A DNA stretch of 64,000 nt from a virus, in the IMG/VR virus record IMGVR_UViG_3300032893_000026; one strand, 5' to 3'. The notes under the pieces are model-generated. The model worked only from the letters and a program-made list of their open reading frames with translations. It ran no database searches and was not told the origin of the DNA. Of the stretch, positions 8,869-16,724 are shown piece after piece; the first letter of the stretch is position 1; every line of letters starts with the position of its first letter. The position numbers were made by a program, and so were the translations under genes.

Positions 8869-9408
8869 TTACCTCCTCCCCTTCGAGGCGCTCACGCTCG
8901 TGAGCAGGACGAAGAACGCGCCGAATCCCAGAAGCCACCACACCACGGTCGAGGACGTGGGGGTCTGGTTGCCGCCCGTGCCGGATCCCGTGCCTGCCCC
9001 CACGCCCGAGCCGGAGCCCTTGGTGCCGATCCCGGTGCCCTGCGTGGTGGAGCCCCCGGTTGGGAGGCCGGTGCCGCCCGGCGTACCGGTGACTTGGCCG
9101 CCTCCGCCGGTAGAGCCGGTAGAGCCGGTAGAGCCGGTAGCGCCGCCCGTCGAGGGAGTGGTGGAAGTGGTGGTGCAATGGCCTGCCGAGTCGCAGGTGA
9201 TGTCGGGGCCGCACGCGCCGCCCGCACAGATCGTTCCGGCTTGCCCGGACTGGATGCCGGGGTCGACCGAGTTATCGACCGTCGCGATGTAAGTGCAATC
9301 GCCTCCCTGCCCGTCCGTGGCCGGGTCGATGGTGGTGAAGGAATTGCCGTTCACCGTGCAGGAGTAGACATCCACGGTATTGCCGAGTCCACCTAAGTGG
9401 ATCATCAT
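8869..9408 (-). CDS. Cys-rich single-pass membrane protein with G/S/T linker
   Basis: HLGGLG near the N-terminus, six Cys, (GST)n linker, TM VVWWLLGFGAFFVLL, KGRR tail. Confidence 0.65.
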   Translation of the reverse strand: MMIHLGGLGNTVDVYSCTVNGNSFTTIDPATDGQGGDCTYIATVDNSVDPGIQSGQAGTICAGGACGPDITCDSAGHCTTTSTTPSTGGATGSTGSTGSTGGGGQVTGTPGGTGLPTGGSTTQGTGIGTKGSGSGVGAGTGSGTGGNQTPTSSTVVWWLLGFGAFFVLLTSVSASKGRR

Positions 9409-9680
9409 ACGGTCTTCCTCCTCTCCCTATCTCCCACTCTCCGCACGCCTATCTTCGGAGGCCTGGGCCCGGCGCTTTGCCGGATCATGTTGCGGAGCTT
9501 CCGCATGGGCTCGTTGTGCGGGCCCAGGTTGGCCCTGCACACCAGTTCCAGTTCCGGCCTCAACTCGTGATAGATGTCCTTCGCGAGAGGGCTGGCCTTC
9601 ATCTCGACGATACGGTCCAGGACCTTCATCGCCAGGATGTCCAGGCGGCCAGTCGGATCGGTGCTGGTGCGTTTCGCCAT
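9405..9680 (-). CDS. Small basic hypothetical protein
   Basis: Start MAKRTS just after the stop of the 55-aa ORF; stop overlaps the next start. Confidence 0.45.
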   Translation of the reverse strand: MAKRTSTDPTGRLDILAMKVLDRIVEMKASPLAKDIYHELRPELELVCRANLGPHNEPMRKLRNMIRQSAGPRPPKIGVRRVGDRERRKTV

Positions 9681-9682
9681 GC

Positions 9683-9850
9683 CTACTTCTTCTTGGGCCT
9701 GCTGAACAGCACGGCAAGCCCCGCCCCCACCCAGAACCACCACGGCGTCTTGGCGCACTCGGACAATTGATCCGAGGTGGAGCCGGTCTGTCCCTGCGTC
9801 TCAGAGAGGTAACAGCTTTCCAGGGGCCGCCATCCTAACATCTGTGCCAT
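9683..9850 (-). CDS. 55-aa membrane protein missed by the ORF track
   Basis: Translated by hand: AGGAGG RBS, MAQMLGWRPLESCYLSETQGQTGSTSDQLSECAKTPWWFWVGAGLAVLFSRPKKK*. Confidence 0.7.
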   Translation of the reverse strand: MAQMLGWRPLESCYLSETQGQTGSTSDQLSECAKTPWWFWVGAGLAVLFSRPKKK

Positions 9851-9871
9851 CGCATCTCCTCCTTAGGTCAC

Positions 9872-10216
9872 TCACTCATTTACTGTCAGAGGCGGCACGG
9901 CACTGGACCAGGGCGGCACTGGCCCAAGCACCGGCACGCTGTAAGTCGAGATAGACGGAACCAACACGCCAGCCGGTCCCTGCACCGCTCCACCCTGCAC
10001 CGCCACGGGGATCACCGACGCGGCCACGGTGGGCGAGGTCACGGTGGGCTGCACCGTCCCTCCCACCACGCTACCGGCGGGGGCCACCTGGGCCGTGGGA
10101 GAAGTGGCCGTGGCATTGGGACTGGAGCTTGTGGCAGTCGTGGCGGTGCTCGACGATTTCTGGTTGTACAGGTAGTAGAGGAGCGCCGCTCCCCCGAGAA
10201 TCCATGCCCAGTTCAC
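9872..10216 (-). CDS. N-terminally anchored S/T/P/V-rich membrane protein
   Basis: WAWILGGAALLYYLY TM followed by low-complexity sequence; RBS present. Confidence 0.55.
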   Translation of the reverse strand: MNWAWILGGAALLYYLYNQKSSSTATTATSSSPNATATSPTAQVAPAGSVVGGTVQPTVTSPTVAASVIPVAVQGGAVQGPAGVLVPSISTYSVPVLGPVPPWSSAVPPLTVNE

Positions 10217-10240
10217 CGTTATTCTCCTTTCGCGTGGGCG

Positions 10241-10960
10241 CTAGGTGGCCCACCCTCCGTACACTCCGACCGGCCTGCGCCTGCGCCACCCGAGCCCGGC
10301 AAGCCCGCTCGATTGCAGGAACGGGAGCACGGCGGCCCACCAAGTCTGGAAAGTCACGGGCGCGTGGGCATCGCTGGCGTTGGGGAACATGGACTCCGGC
10401 GCGGGCGCGGTGTAGCCAGGGGTCACCTGCATCAGGAAGTAGTTCCAGGTGTCCGGAGACTGGGAGCCGGAGATGTAAGTGGAACTGACTCCCGAGGAGT
10501 TGATGAAGGCCACCACCTTCGCCTGCAACTGATCGGCCTTCGACTGCACGGCAATGGTGGTGGTGCTGGTGCCCTGCGCCGGGGTGGTGGTGGCGCCGGT
10601 TGTGCCGGTGGCGACGGTGGTGCCGGTGGAGGAGGCGAGGGGCTGCATCAAAGTGGGGTACTTGACCAGAGCGGCGTATATGCACGCGGCGGTAGTGGGG
10701 TCGATGTTACCGGACGCCTGGGAGACGAGGCTCTGGTATAGCTGCATGCCCGTCATTCCCTTGTCCGCCGCCGAGGTGTTGTAGGCCGCCGCGACGGTTT
10801 TCAGGTCCGCATCCGATGCCCCGCAGGTGGCAGTGCCCCCCGTGGTGCCCGTGCCGGTGCCGGTGCCGGTGCTGGTGGTGGAAGTCCCGAGCAGTCCCGT
10901 CTGTTTCATCAGAAAGTACGCGGCCACCCCGAGAATGAGGACTAACACTCCGTTCTTCAC
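10241..10960 (-). CDS. Membrane virion protein (N-terminal TM, T/G linkers, GLAGLG near the C-terminus)
   Basis: GTG start overlaps the upstream TGA; VLVLILGVAAYFLM TM; GLAGLG followed by WRRRRP. Confidence 0.6.
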   Translation of the reverse strand: MKNGVLVLILGVAAYFLMKQTGLLGTSTTSTGTGTGTGTTGGTATCGASDADLKTVAAAYNTSAADKGMTGMQLYQSLVSQASGNIDPTTAACIYAALVKYPTLMQPLASSTGTTVATGTTGATTTPAQGTSTTTIAVQSKADQLQAKVVAFINSSGVSSTYISGSQSPDTWNYFLMQVTPGYTAPAPESMFPNASDAHAPVTFQTWWAAVLPFLQSSGLAGLGWRRRRPVGVYGGWAT

Positions 10961-11259
10961 TTTCTCGCTCCTTTCTTGGGCTTGAGCAGGAGATACAGAC
11001 CCACCAGCCCGGCGGCGGCCATCAATGCATGGTTCTGCACCCAGAGATTGAAGTCGCAGAGCCACCCGGTAGCCGTATCAGCCACGGTGCCGGTCTTCGG
11101 CGGGGTGATACTCGGATAGACGGCAGTCAGTGTAATAGGGCCCATATCAGTGCCCGTAGCCGCCGCTTCGGACGGCGAGGAAGCCGGTGCCGAGTTATCA
11201 CCCGCGCCGAGGTATTGCGCGGCCAGCACGCTCTGCACATTCGGATCGGATACAGCCAT
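10957..11259 (-). CDS. Single-pass membrane protein
   Basis: C-terminal TM ALMAAAGLVGLYLLL followed by KPKKGARK. Confidence 0.6.
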   Translation of the reverse strand: MAVSDPNVQSVLAAQYLGAGDNSAPASSPSEAAATGTDMGPITLTAVYPSITPPKTGTVADTATGWLCDFNLWVQNHALMAAAGLVGLYLLLKPKKGARK

Positions 11260-11262
11260 AAC

Positions 11263-11667
11263 TCATCTCCTCTTATTCGCGACTAAGACGGCCACGATTC
11301 CAGCCGCCAGCAATAACGAGCCCCATCCCAACCCGCTCATCCCCGATCCGGACCCCGGGCTTGCGGCCTGGGATTGAGACTGGGACTGCGCCTGGGCTTG
11401 AGAGGACAAGGTCTGCGCCGTGCTCGACACGCCCGACCCCATGGGGACTGATCCCGGCTGATCGGACTGATCGGACTGATCGGACTGATCATATTGGTCG
11501 ACGAGCCCGGCGATGGTCACCGGCTTGGGGTGGTTGTGGAAATACCACGGCCCCCTGCCCTCCACCATGGTGGTGGGGTTCGATCCAAGCCTGTTCAGCA
11601 TCCGGCTGATCTCCATGTCCCACGTCGTGGAGTGCAGTTTGAAGGGAGAGATAGCTACCTGTGGCAT
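11263..11667 (-). CDS. Single-pass membrane protein with GMSGLG before the TM
   Basis: Likely start MPQVAISP; (DQS)n and QSQ linkers; TM; NKRR tail. Confidence 0.6.
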   Translation of the reverse strand: MPQVAISPFKLHSTTWDMEISRMLNRLGSNPTTMVEGRGPWYFHNHPKPVTIAGLVDQYDQSDQSDQSDQPGSVPMGSGVSSTAQTLSSQAQAQSQSQSQAASPGSGSGMSGLGWGSLLLAAGIVAVLVANKRR

Positions 11668-12581
11668 TACTTCTTTCCTCCCATGACCAGGAACAGGCCT
11701 ACCGCCGCCGCGCCGATGACTAACAGGCTGGTGGTCTGGCTCATGCCGAACAGGCTGAATCCCGCGCCGGATCCTGTTCCACTGGTGGAGCCGGTGCCGG
11801 AGGTCTGCTGGGTGGCCGTCTGCACAATCCCCCCGCCGTTGGACGTCGAGGTCCCTCCGCCCGTGCTGGTAGTAACAGGTATGCCAGTGCCCGTGCCCGC
11901 GCCTGCACCCGTGCCTGTGCCTGTGCTGGCGCCTGCGCCGGTCACAACCGTCCCCGTGGATGAGGGGAGGGTCTGCTGCGCCTGCTCCTGCGCCACCTGC
12001 TGCGCCGCCGCTTGGCTCTCGGCCACGTCTGCCTGCCAGTTGGCATCGAGTTGCGCGTTGAAACTCGTGTACCCCAATGCCTCGATCTTCGCCGCCCAGA
12101 CATCCGCCGGAGGCGCTACGAAGTGATGCACGGCGCGGGTCGCATCGCGGGCCACGAGATCTTGCAGGTAGGGGCTCCAGGACCGTTCCAGCGTGCCGTC
12201 CGGATTCACTATCATCAACGTTCCGGAACTCTCCACCGTGTAGGGCATCGAGTAACTCGGGTTGTACACGGCGTTGATCATCTGTGTGTACATGCCGGAA
12301 TAGTCGGGCGCGTAAACTGTCTGTCCACCCGCCGTCTGCCATTCCTGCCCGATGCTGCCGTAGAAGGCCGCGATGTTGGCGGCCAACGAGCCCTGGTCTT
12401 GTGGGACGAAGTTTCCCGCCCCGGCCACCACCCCCATCCCTCCGAATCCGTTGAGCCCCATTCCCGACATTCCCGAACCGGGGACGTTGATCTGTTTCAT
12501 CCCGAGCCGGGAGAACGGACTCCTGTCCATGCTATGTGGGTGCACTTGAAACTGGAACGGCCTTACCCGGATGTTAGCCAT
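11667..12581 (-). CDS. Membrane virion protein (304 aa) with GMSGMG leader motif
   Basis: Basic leader, GMSGMGLNGFGGMG, globular segment, T/G linker, C-terminal TM ending GGKK. Confidence 0.65.
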   Translation of the reverse strand: MANIRVRPFQFQVHPHSMDRSPFSRLGMKQINVPGSGMSGMGLNGFGGMGVVAGAGNFVPQDQGSLAANIAAFYGSIGQEWQTAGGQTVYAPDYSGMYTQMINAVYNPSYSMPYTVESSGTLMIVNPDGTLERSWSPYLQDLVARDATRAVHHFVAPPADVWAAKIEALGYTSFNAQLDANWQADVAESQAAAQQVAQEQAQQTLPSSTGTVVTGAGASTGTGTGAGAGTGTGIPVTTSTGGGTSTSNGGGIVQTATQQTSGTGSTSGTGSGAGFSLFGMSQTTSLLVIGAAAVGLFLVMGGKK

Positions 12582-12582
12582 G

Positions 12583-13434
12583 TTAGTTGTCCCCCATAAC
12601 CAGGACCAGGGCGATGGCCCCGAGTCCCAGGTAGGCCAGAGATTTAGAGTCTAAAGAAGTAGTGCCGCCGCTGGAGGCCGAGGTGGAAGTGGAGGTAGAG
12701 GCCGAAGTGGAGGTCGAGGTCCCGGAGTCGAGGGAGATATCGGCGGCCACCGTCTGGTCGTTGGCTACGATGTCGCGGTAGCCGTTGAACCAGTTCCAGC
12801 ACTGCCCGGGCTGAGGCTCACCGGGATAGGAGAGCAGGGGGGAGGTGGTGGTCTGAAGCCACTTGCAGGCCCCGGCCTGACGGTCCGCGATGCAGTTCTG
12901 TCCCGCCGTGCCGAGCCCCGCCTGACTGCACCTCTGCACCAGCCCCTGCCATGCCGCGTCGATGACTCCGAGCACGGCATTCTGCGCCGCCTGGGTGCGG
13001 GGAGCGGGGAGTGCGAAGTAGGCCTGGACGGCCTGCTTGATCGTGTCCTCGGCTTGGTTGGCCCATTCGGAAGTGACCACGCAAGTCTCGCCGCATCCCC
13101 TGCCGAGCAGGACGGTGATGGCAAGCATGGCCCCCGCGATGATGGGGCCGATGAAGGGCACGATGCCGGAGGCCGCGATGGCCGCGCCAAGTCCCGTGGT
13201 GGCTCCGGCGGCGGTGGCGGAGGCGGCCAGGGCACCGGCCACGGCGCCTGCGGAAGAGAGGGTAGCGCCCGCGATGGCGGAGGCCTGCTTCTCGGCGGGG
13301 CTCATATCACCCAATCCGGCAAGCCCGAGCCCGAGGCAAGGAAGACAACCCACCCCACTGCCGGTGCGGTAGCGCACGGGGCTACGCATGACTGCATATC
13401 CGTGGGCCGCGCGGTATGGGGTGAGTTGGCGCAT
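12583..13434 (-). CDS. Membrane virion protein (283 aa) with GLAGLG leader motif and Cys-rich domain
   Basis: Basic leader ending GLAGLG-D, Ala/Gly-rich hydrophobic hairpin, six further Cys, S/T linker, C-terminal TM. Confidence 0.65.
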   Translation of the reverse strand: MRQLTPYRAAHGYAVMRSPVRYRTGSGVGCLPCLGLGLAGLGDMSPAEKQASAIAGATLSSAGAVAGALAASATAAGATTGLGAAIAASGIVPFIGPIIAGAMLAITVLLGRGCGETCVVTSEWANQAEDTIKQAVQAYFALPAPRTQAAQNAVLGVIDAAWQGLVQRCSQAGLGTAGQNCIADRQAGACKWLQTTTSPLLSYPGEPQPGQCWNWFNGYRDIVANDQTVAADISLDSGTSTSTSASTSTSTSASSGGTTSLDSKSLAYLGLGAIALVLVMGDN

Positions 13435-13437
13435 GAG

Positions 13438-13740
13438 TTAGGAGATCTCCGTGGGCTTGGTGGCCGAGGCCGGAGCCGGAGCCGGAGCCGCAGAGCCGTA
13501 GCCGTGAGACTCCATCCAGGCCTCGATCAACTGGTCCGTCTCCTCGGCGGATTGGACCGCACCGTCCTGGATGGTCTGGATCTGGACGGTGATGTCGGAG
13601 GAGGAGGACTCGAAGAGAGCCTTGATCTTGAGCGCCGCCTCGATGCCGGTGGGGACGAGGGTGGCGAGGAGCGAGACACCCTGGAACACGAGAGCGATGA
13701 CGTTGGCCGCCGTACCGGTCGGAACAATCGGAGTCGCCAT
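13438..13740 (-). CDS. Small membrane-associated protein
   Basis: Hydrophobic N-terminal helix; directly coupled to 13741-14250. Confidence 0.5.
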   Translation of the reverse strand: MATPIVPTGTAANVIALVFQGVSLLATLVPTGIEAALKIKALFESSSSDITVQIQTIQDGAVQSAEETDQLIEAWMESHGYGSAAPAPAPASATKPTEIS

Positions 13741-14250
13741 TTACTTTGCTCCCTGGGCAGTGGTTACCGCCACGGTGATGGACTGCACGATGGTCTGGAT
13801 CGAGCGCACCAGCGAGATCACGAGCGGAGGAGTGGCCGTGGTCTGCGCGAGGTAGGGCTTGACCGAGTCGGGCAGGCTCATGCGGTTGAGGTCTGCCTGG
13901 ATCTGGATGACGAAGGTGGGCCAGTCGATGGACTTCGCGGTCACGGCTTTGAGCGTGATCTCGGACGCCTCGACGGCCAGGGCCACGTTGCGGCTCCAGT
14001 CGAGGATCGCCTTGGCCTCCGCCTGGGAGATGAGATTGGCGGCCTGCACAGAGATGACACCCTGCGCCACGGCTTCGTTTCCCGTGCTGATCGCAGCCAC
14101 GGTCTGGTTGATGGTGAGGAGCGCCTTGGTCTGCGCGTCCGTCGAGTTGATGGTGGCCGAATGCATACAGCTAATGGATGTGAGTACGCCCGCCAGGAGC
14201 AGGACCACTGCCGCGCGGGCGAGTTTCGCTTGTGTGGTCATAGAAGTCAT
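13741..14250 (-). CDS. Signal-peptide or lipoprotein-like helical protein
   Basis: KLARAAVVLLLAGVLTSISC, a weak lipobox-like Cys; amphipathic helical body. Confidence 0.5.
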   Translation of the reverse strand: MTSMTTQAKLARAAVVLLLAGVLTSISCMHSATINSTDAQTKALLTINQTVAAISTGNEAVAQGVISVQAANLISQAEAKAILDWSRNVALAVEASEITLKAVTAKSIDWPTFVIQIQADLNRMSLPDSVKPYLAQTTATPPLVISLVRSIQTIVQSITVAVTTAQGAK

Positions 14251-15026
14251 ACTCGTTGGTACTGGAACCTCTCCTCCTGGGTCATGCCCGGCTCCCCGGC
14301 TGCTTTGAGCAACTTGTTGGTGAGCGGAGGGAGGAAGTGGGAGATGATGGCAGTCCGCAGGGAGCCGTGCTTGGCCTCTGAATCGACCTGATGTAACGCG
14401 CCCATGTAGTGGCCGAGGGCATAGTGGTTGTAGTAGGGCTTGGCCGATTGCTTGCGGTCATACTCCGTCAACACATGAAGCAGTTTGGCGTGCGTGCGCT
14501 CATCGATTGGATTGGAGCGCACCCACTTCTGCAAAGCCCGCGCGATGCGCTTCGTCTTCGACGGGTTTTGTCTTCGCGCCCTCCGCTTCGAGGAGGACTT
14601 GGACTTGGTGCGCCGCTTGGTGGCCGAGCGCCTGCCGCGTGCCGTCTTGCGTCTGGTTTTGGCTTTGGGCTTGGTCCCGGCGTATACGACACGCTTGCCG
14701 CCCGGCCCCTTGCGCGTCAGGTAGCGCGGGCCCATCTGATCGGTGCGGGCGCCGTACTCGTCGCCTGCCCGCTCCTCGTCGTAGTCTGCGCTCCGGCGCA
14801 GGGGGTGGAACTTTCCACCGGCCCAGAACCCGGCCTGCACGTTCCGGCGCACCGGATTGTGCTTACTGCGGTTGGCCTTGATCTCCACCCGCATGTGCAG
14901 CTTGTTGGCGAGTTTCTGCGCGTAGGTGCGGGCCGCCGAGTCCGACTTGAGATAACGTCCGTCCGTGGCGTGGGGACTGCCGCCCGCGACTCCCACCGGG
15001 TATGCGTTGAATGTGTACCAGCCCAT
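14247..15026 (-). CDS. Basic NP-motif core protein (259 aa)
   Basis: KHNP, RRQNP and RSNP separate segments; central K/R-rich tract. Confidence 0.6.
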   Translation of the reverse strand: MGWYTFNAYPVGVAGGSPHATDGRYLKSDSAARTYAQKLANKLHMRVEIKANRSKHNPVRRNVQAGFWAGGKFHPLRRSADYDEERAGDEYGARTDQMGPRYLTRKGPGGKRVVYAGTKPKAKTRRKTARGRRSATKRRTKSKSSSKRRARRQNPSKTKRIARALQKWVRSNPIDERTHAKLLHVLTEYDRKQSAKPYYNHYALGHYMGALHQVDSEAKHGSLRTAIISHFLPPLTNKLLKAAGEPGMTQEERFQYQRV

Positions 15027-15036
15027 GACGCTCTCC

Positions 15037-15705
15037 TTACTTCTTGCTCATCATGAAAATGAATAACAGCAGCCCGCCGCCGATCAACAGGACGGTGGTT
15101 CCACTGAGCACGGTGGATCCGATCTTGACCGTCCCCGTCTGGGAGGTGATCGGGTAGCCTGTGGTCTGCCGCGAGGTAGCTCCCGTGGACGTCTGCACCG
15201 TGCCGGGCTGGATGGCCTCCAGCTTGGCGACATCGAGGATGCCCTGCGTGGCGGCGGTGATGACGGGGGTCCAGTTGGTGGAAGTCGTACCGGAAGGAGT
15301 GGAGGCCGGAGTGCCGGTGCTCGATCCGCCCCCGGTATAAGTCACCGTGCCGGTTGGCATGCCGGGATAGTTGAGGACGGTAGTCGAGGTTCCGCCGCCC
15401 GATCCTGTCGATCCGCTGCCGGAGCAGGGGTCCGGGTCCATGCATGCGCCGCTCTCGTCCACCATCGAGCAATCGCATCCCAGTCCCGAGATTCCGAGAC
15501 GGGACTTGATTCTCTGGATCGCGGCGCGGCGGCGGGCCAGCACCTGCGGGCGCACCACGCGCCTGACGGGCGCTGCACGCACTCCCAGGCCTCCCAGGCC
15601 TCCCAAGTCTCCGAGCCCGGCCATGGACTTCGACGCGAACAGATCCTGGACCTGGGAAGGCGAGAGCATCGAGTCCGGGACCACGGTATAGGACGGAAGC
15701 ATCAT
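15037..15705 (-). CDS. Membrane virion protein with repeated GLG motifs and a Cys-rich mini-domain
   Basis: ATGA overlap with the upstream stop; MAGLGDLGGLGGLG and ISGLG-CDC; G/S/T linker; TM; MSKK tail. Confidence 0.65.
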   Translation of the reverse strand: MMLPSYTVVPDSMLSPSQVQDLFASKSMAGLGDLGGLGGLGVRAAPVRRVVRPQVLARRRAAIQRIKSRLGISGLGCDCSMVDESGACMDPDPCSGSGSTGSGGGTSTTVLNYPGMPTGTVTYTGGGSSTGTPASTPSGTTSTNWTPVITAATQGILDVAKLEAIQPGTVQTSTGATSRQTTGYPITSQTGTVKIGSTVLSGTTVLLIGGGLLLFIFMMSKK

Positions 15706-16391
15706 ACGGGCAATCCTTTCGCTAACAGGTATGCCGCGCCCCCCACTGCCGCAACCAGGGCCAGCACGTTGATTGAAGACTCCGTGGACACGGGGACATC
15801 CACGGACCATTCCCTGCGCCGGTAGACTCCCTCCGTCACCTCCCACCCGACGTAGGGCCCATGCGAGAAGTCGACGGGCGTGCGCTGGCCGCCGGGATAG
15901 GCGACGCAGTAAACGTGGGACCAGTTGCGGGGAAGCTGGGGATCGGCGGCCACGGTGCAGAAGTTGATCTTGATGCCCGAAGCACGGAGGAGCGCCGCGC
16001 CGTACATCACGTAGTCATCGCAGTCTCCCTGGGCCCGCGAGGCCACGCTCATGTCGCGCGGGCGGATCAGCACCTCCGCCACGTCCTCGTTGCTGCCAAC
16101 CAGGGAGGCGACCGGCCTGCCGGTGTCCTCGTCGCGTACGAAGTGCATCCGGCTGCGCACCCAGTTGAACACTCCGGCGACGGGATCCGCGCCCATGTTC
16201 GCGTCGCGGAGGAAGGCCGCGTCCATCCGTATCTCCGGGCTTGCCGTATCGGTGCGGACGTAGGAGGCCATCAACGCGAGGACCTGGGCGCACTGCGTGT
16301 CGGGATCGTCGCTCACCACGTCGATGCGGTAATGCAGTTGTTGCCCGAAGCCGGGATGGTAGAGAGTGCCGGTGAGGCCGCTCAATTCCAT
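15702..16391 (-). CDS. Transglutaminase-like cysteine protease with C-terminal membrane anchor
   Basis: GDCDD (Cys), SHVY (His), PVD (Asp) triad pattern; upstream FNWVR..F..D; C-terminal TM; first gene of the virion operon. Confidence 0.8.
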   Translation of the reverse strand: MELSGLTGTLYHPGFGQQLHYRIDVVSDDPDTQCAQVLALMASYVRTDTASPEIRMDAAFLRDANMGADPVAGVFNWVRSRMHFVRDEDTGRPVASLVGSNEDVAEVLIRPRDMSVASRAQGDCDDYVMYGAALLRASGIKINFCTVAADPQLPRNWSHVYCVAYPGGQRTPVDFSHGPYVGWEVTEGVYRRREWSVDVPVSTESSINVLALVAAVGGAAYLLAKGLPV

Positions 16392-16724
16392 CCGGCGCAC
16401 CTCATATAAGGAAGGCCGGGACGGGGATCGGCGGGACCGGCGGGGAGGATCTCCACCGGGCAACAACGAGGACTAGCGAGGCCACTGGTTGGCAATCCGG
16501 CTTGCCCCGGCCCGGCCCCCAGGTGACTCGCCCGAGCACCTGGAGCTTGGGATCTCAGCACGGGCCCCACCATAACGCCATGCCGTTTGCCGCGCCATAC
16601 ACGGTGTTGTGGAAGCCCATTAAGTATTACCGGCGGAGCGCATCGATCCCCGGGCAGGAGGCCGAGTGCGGGTACAATCGCCATATCAGGACACATTCCA
16701 AACGTGGAACAGGAGGCAATTATC

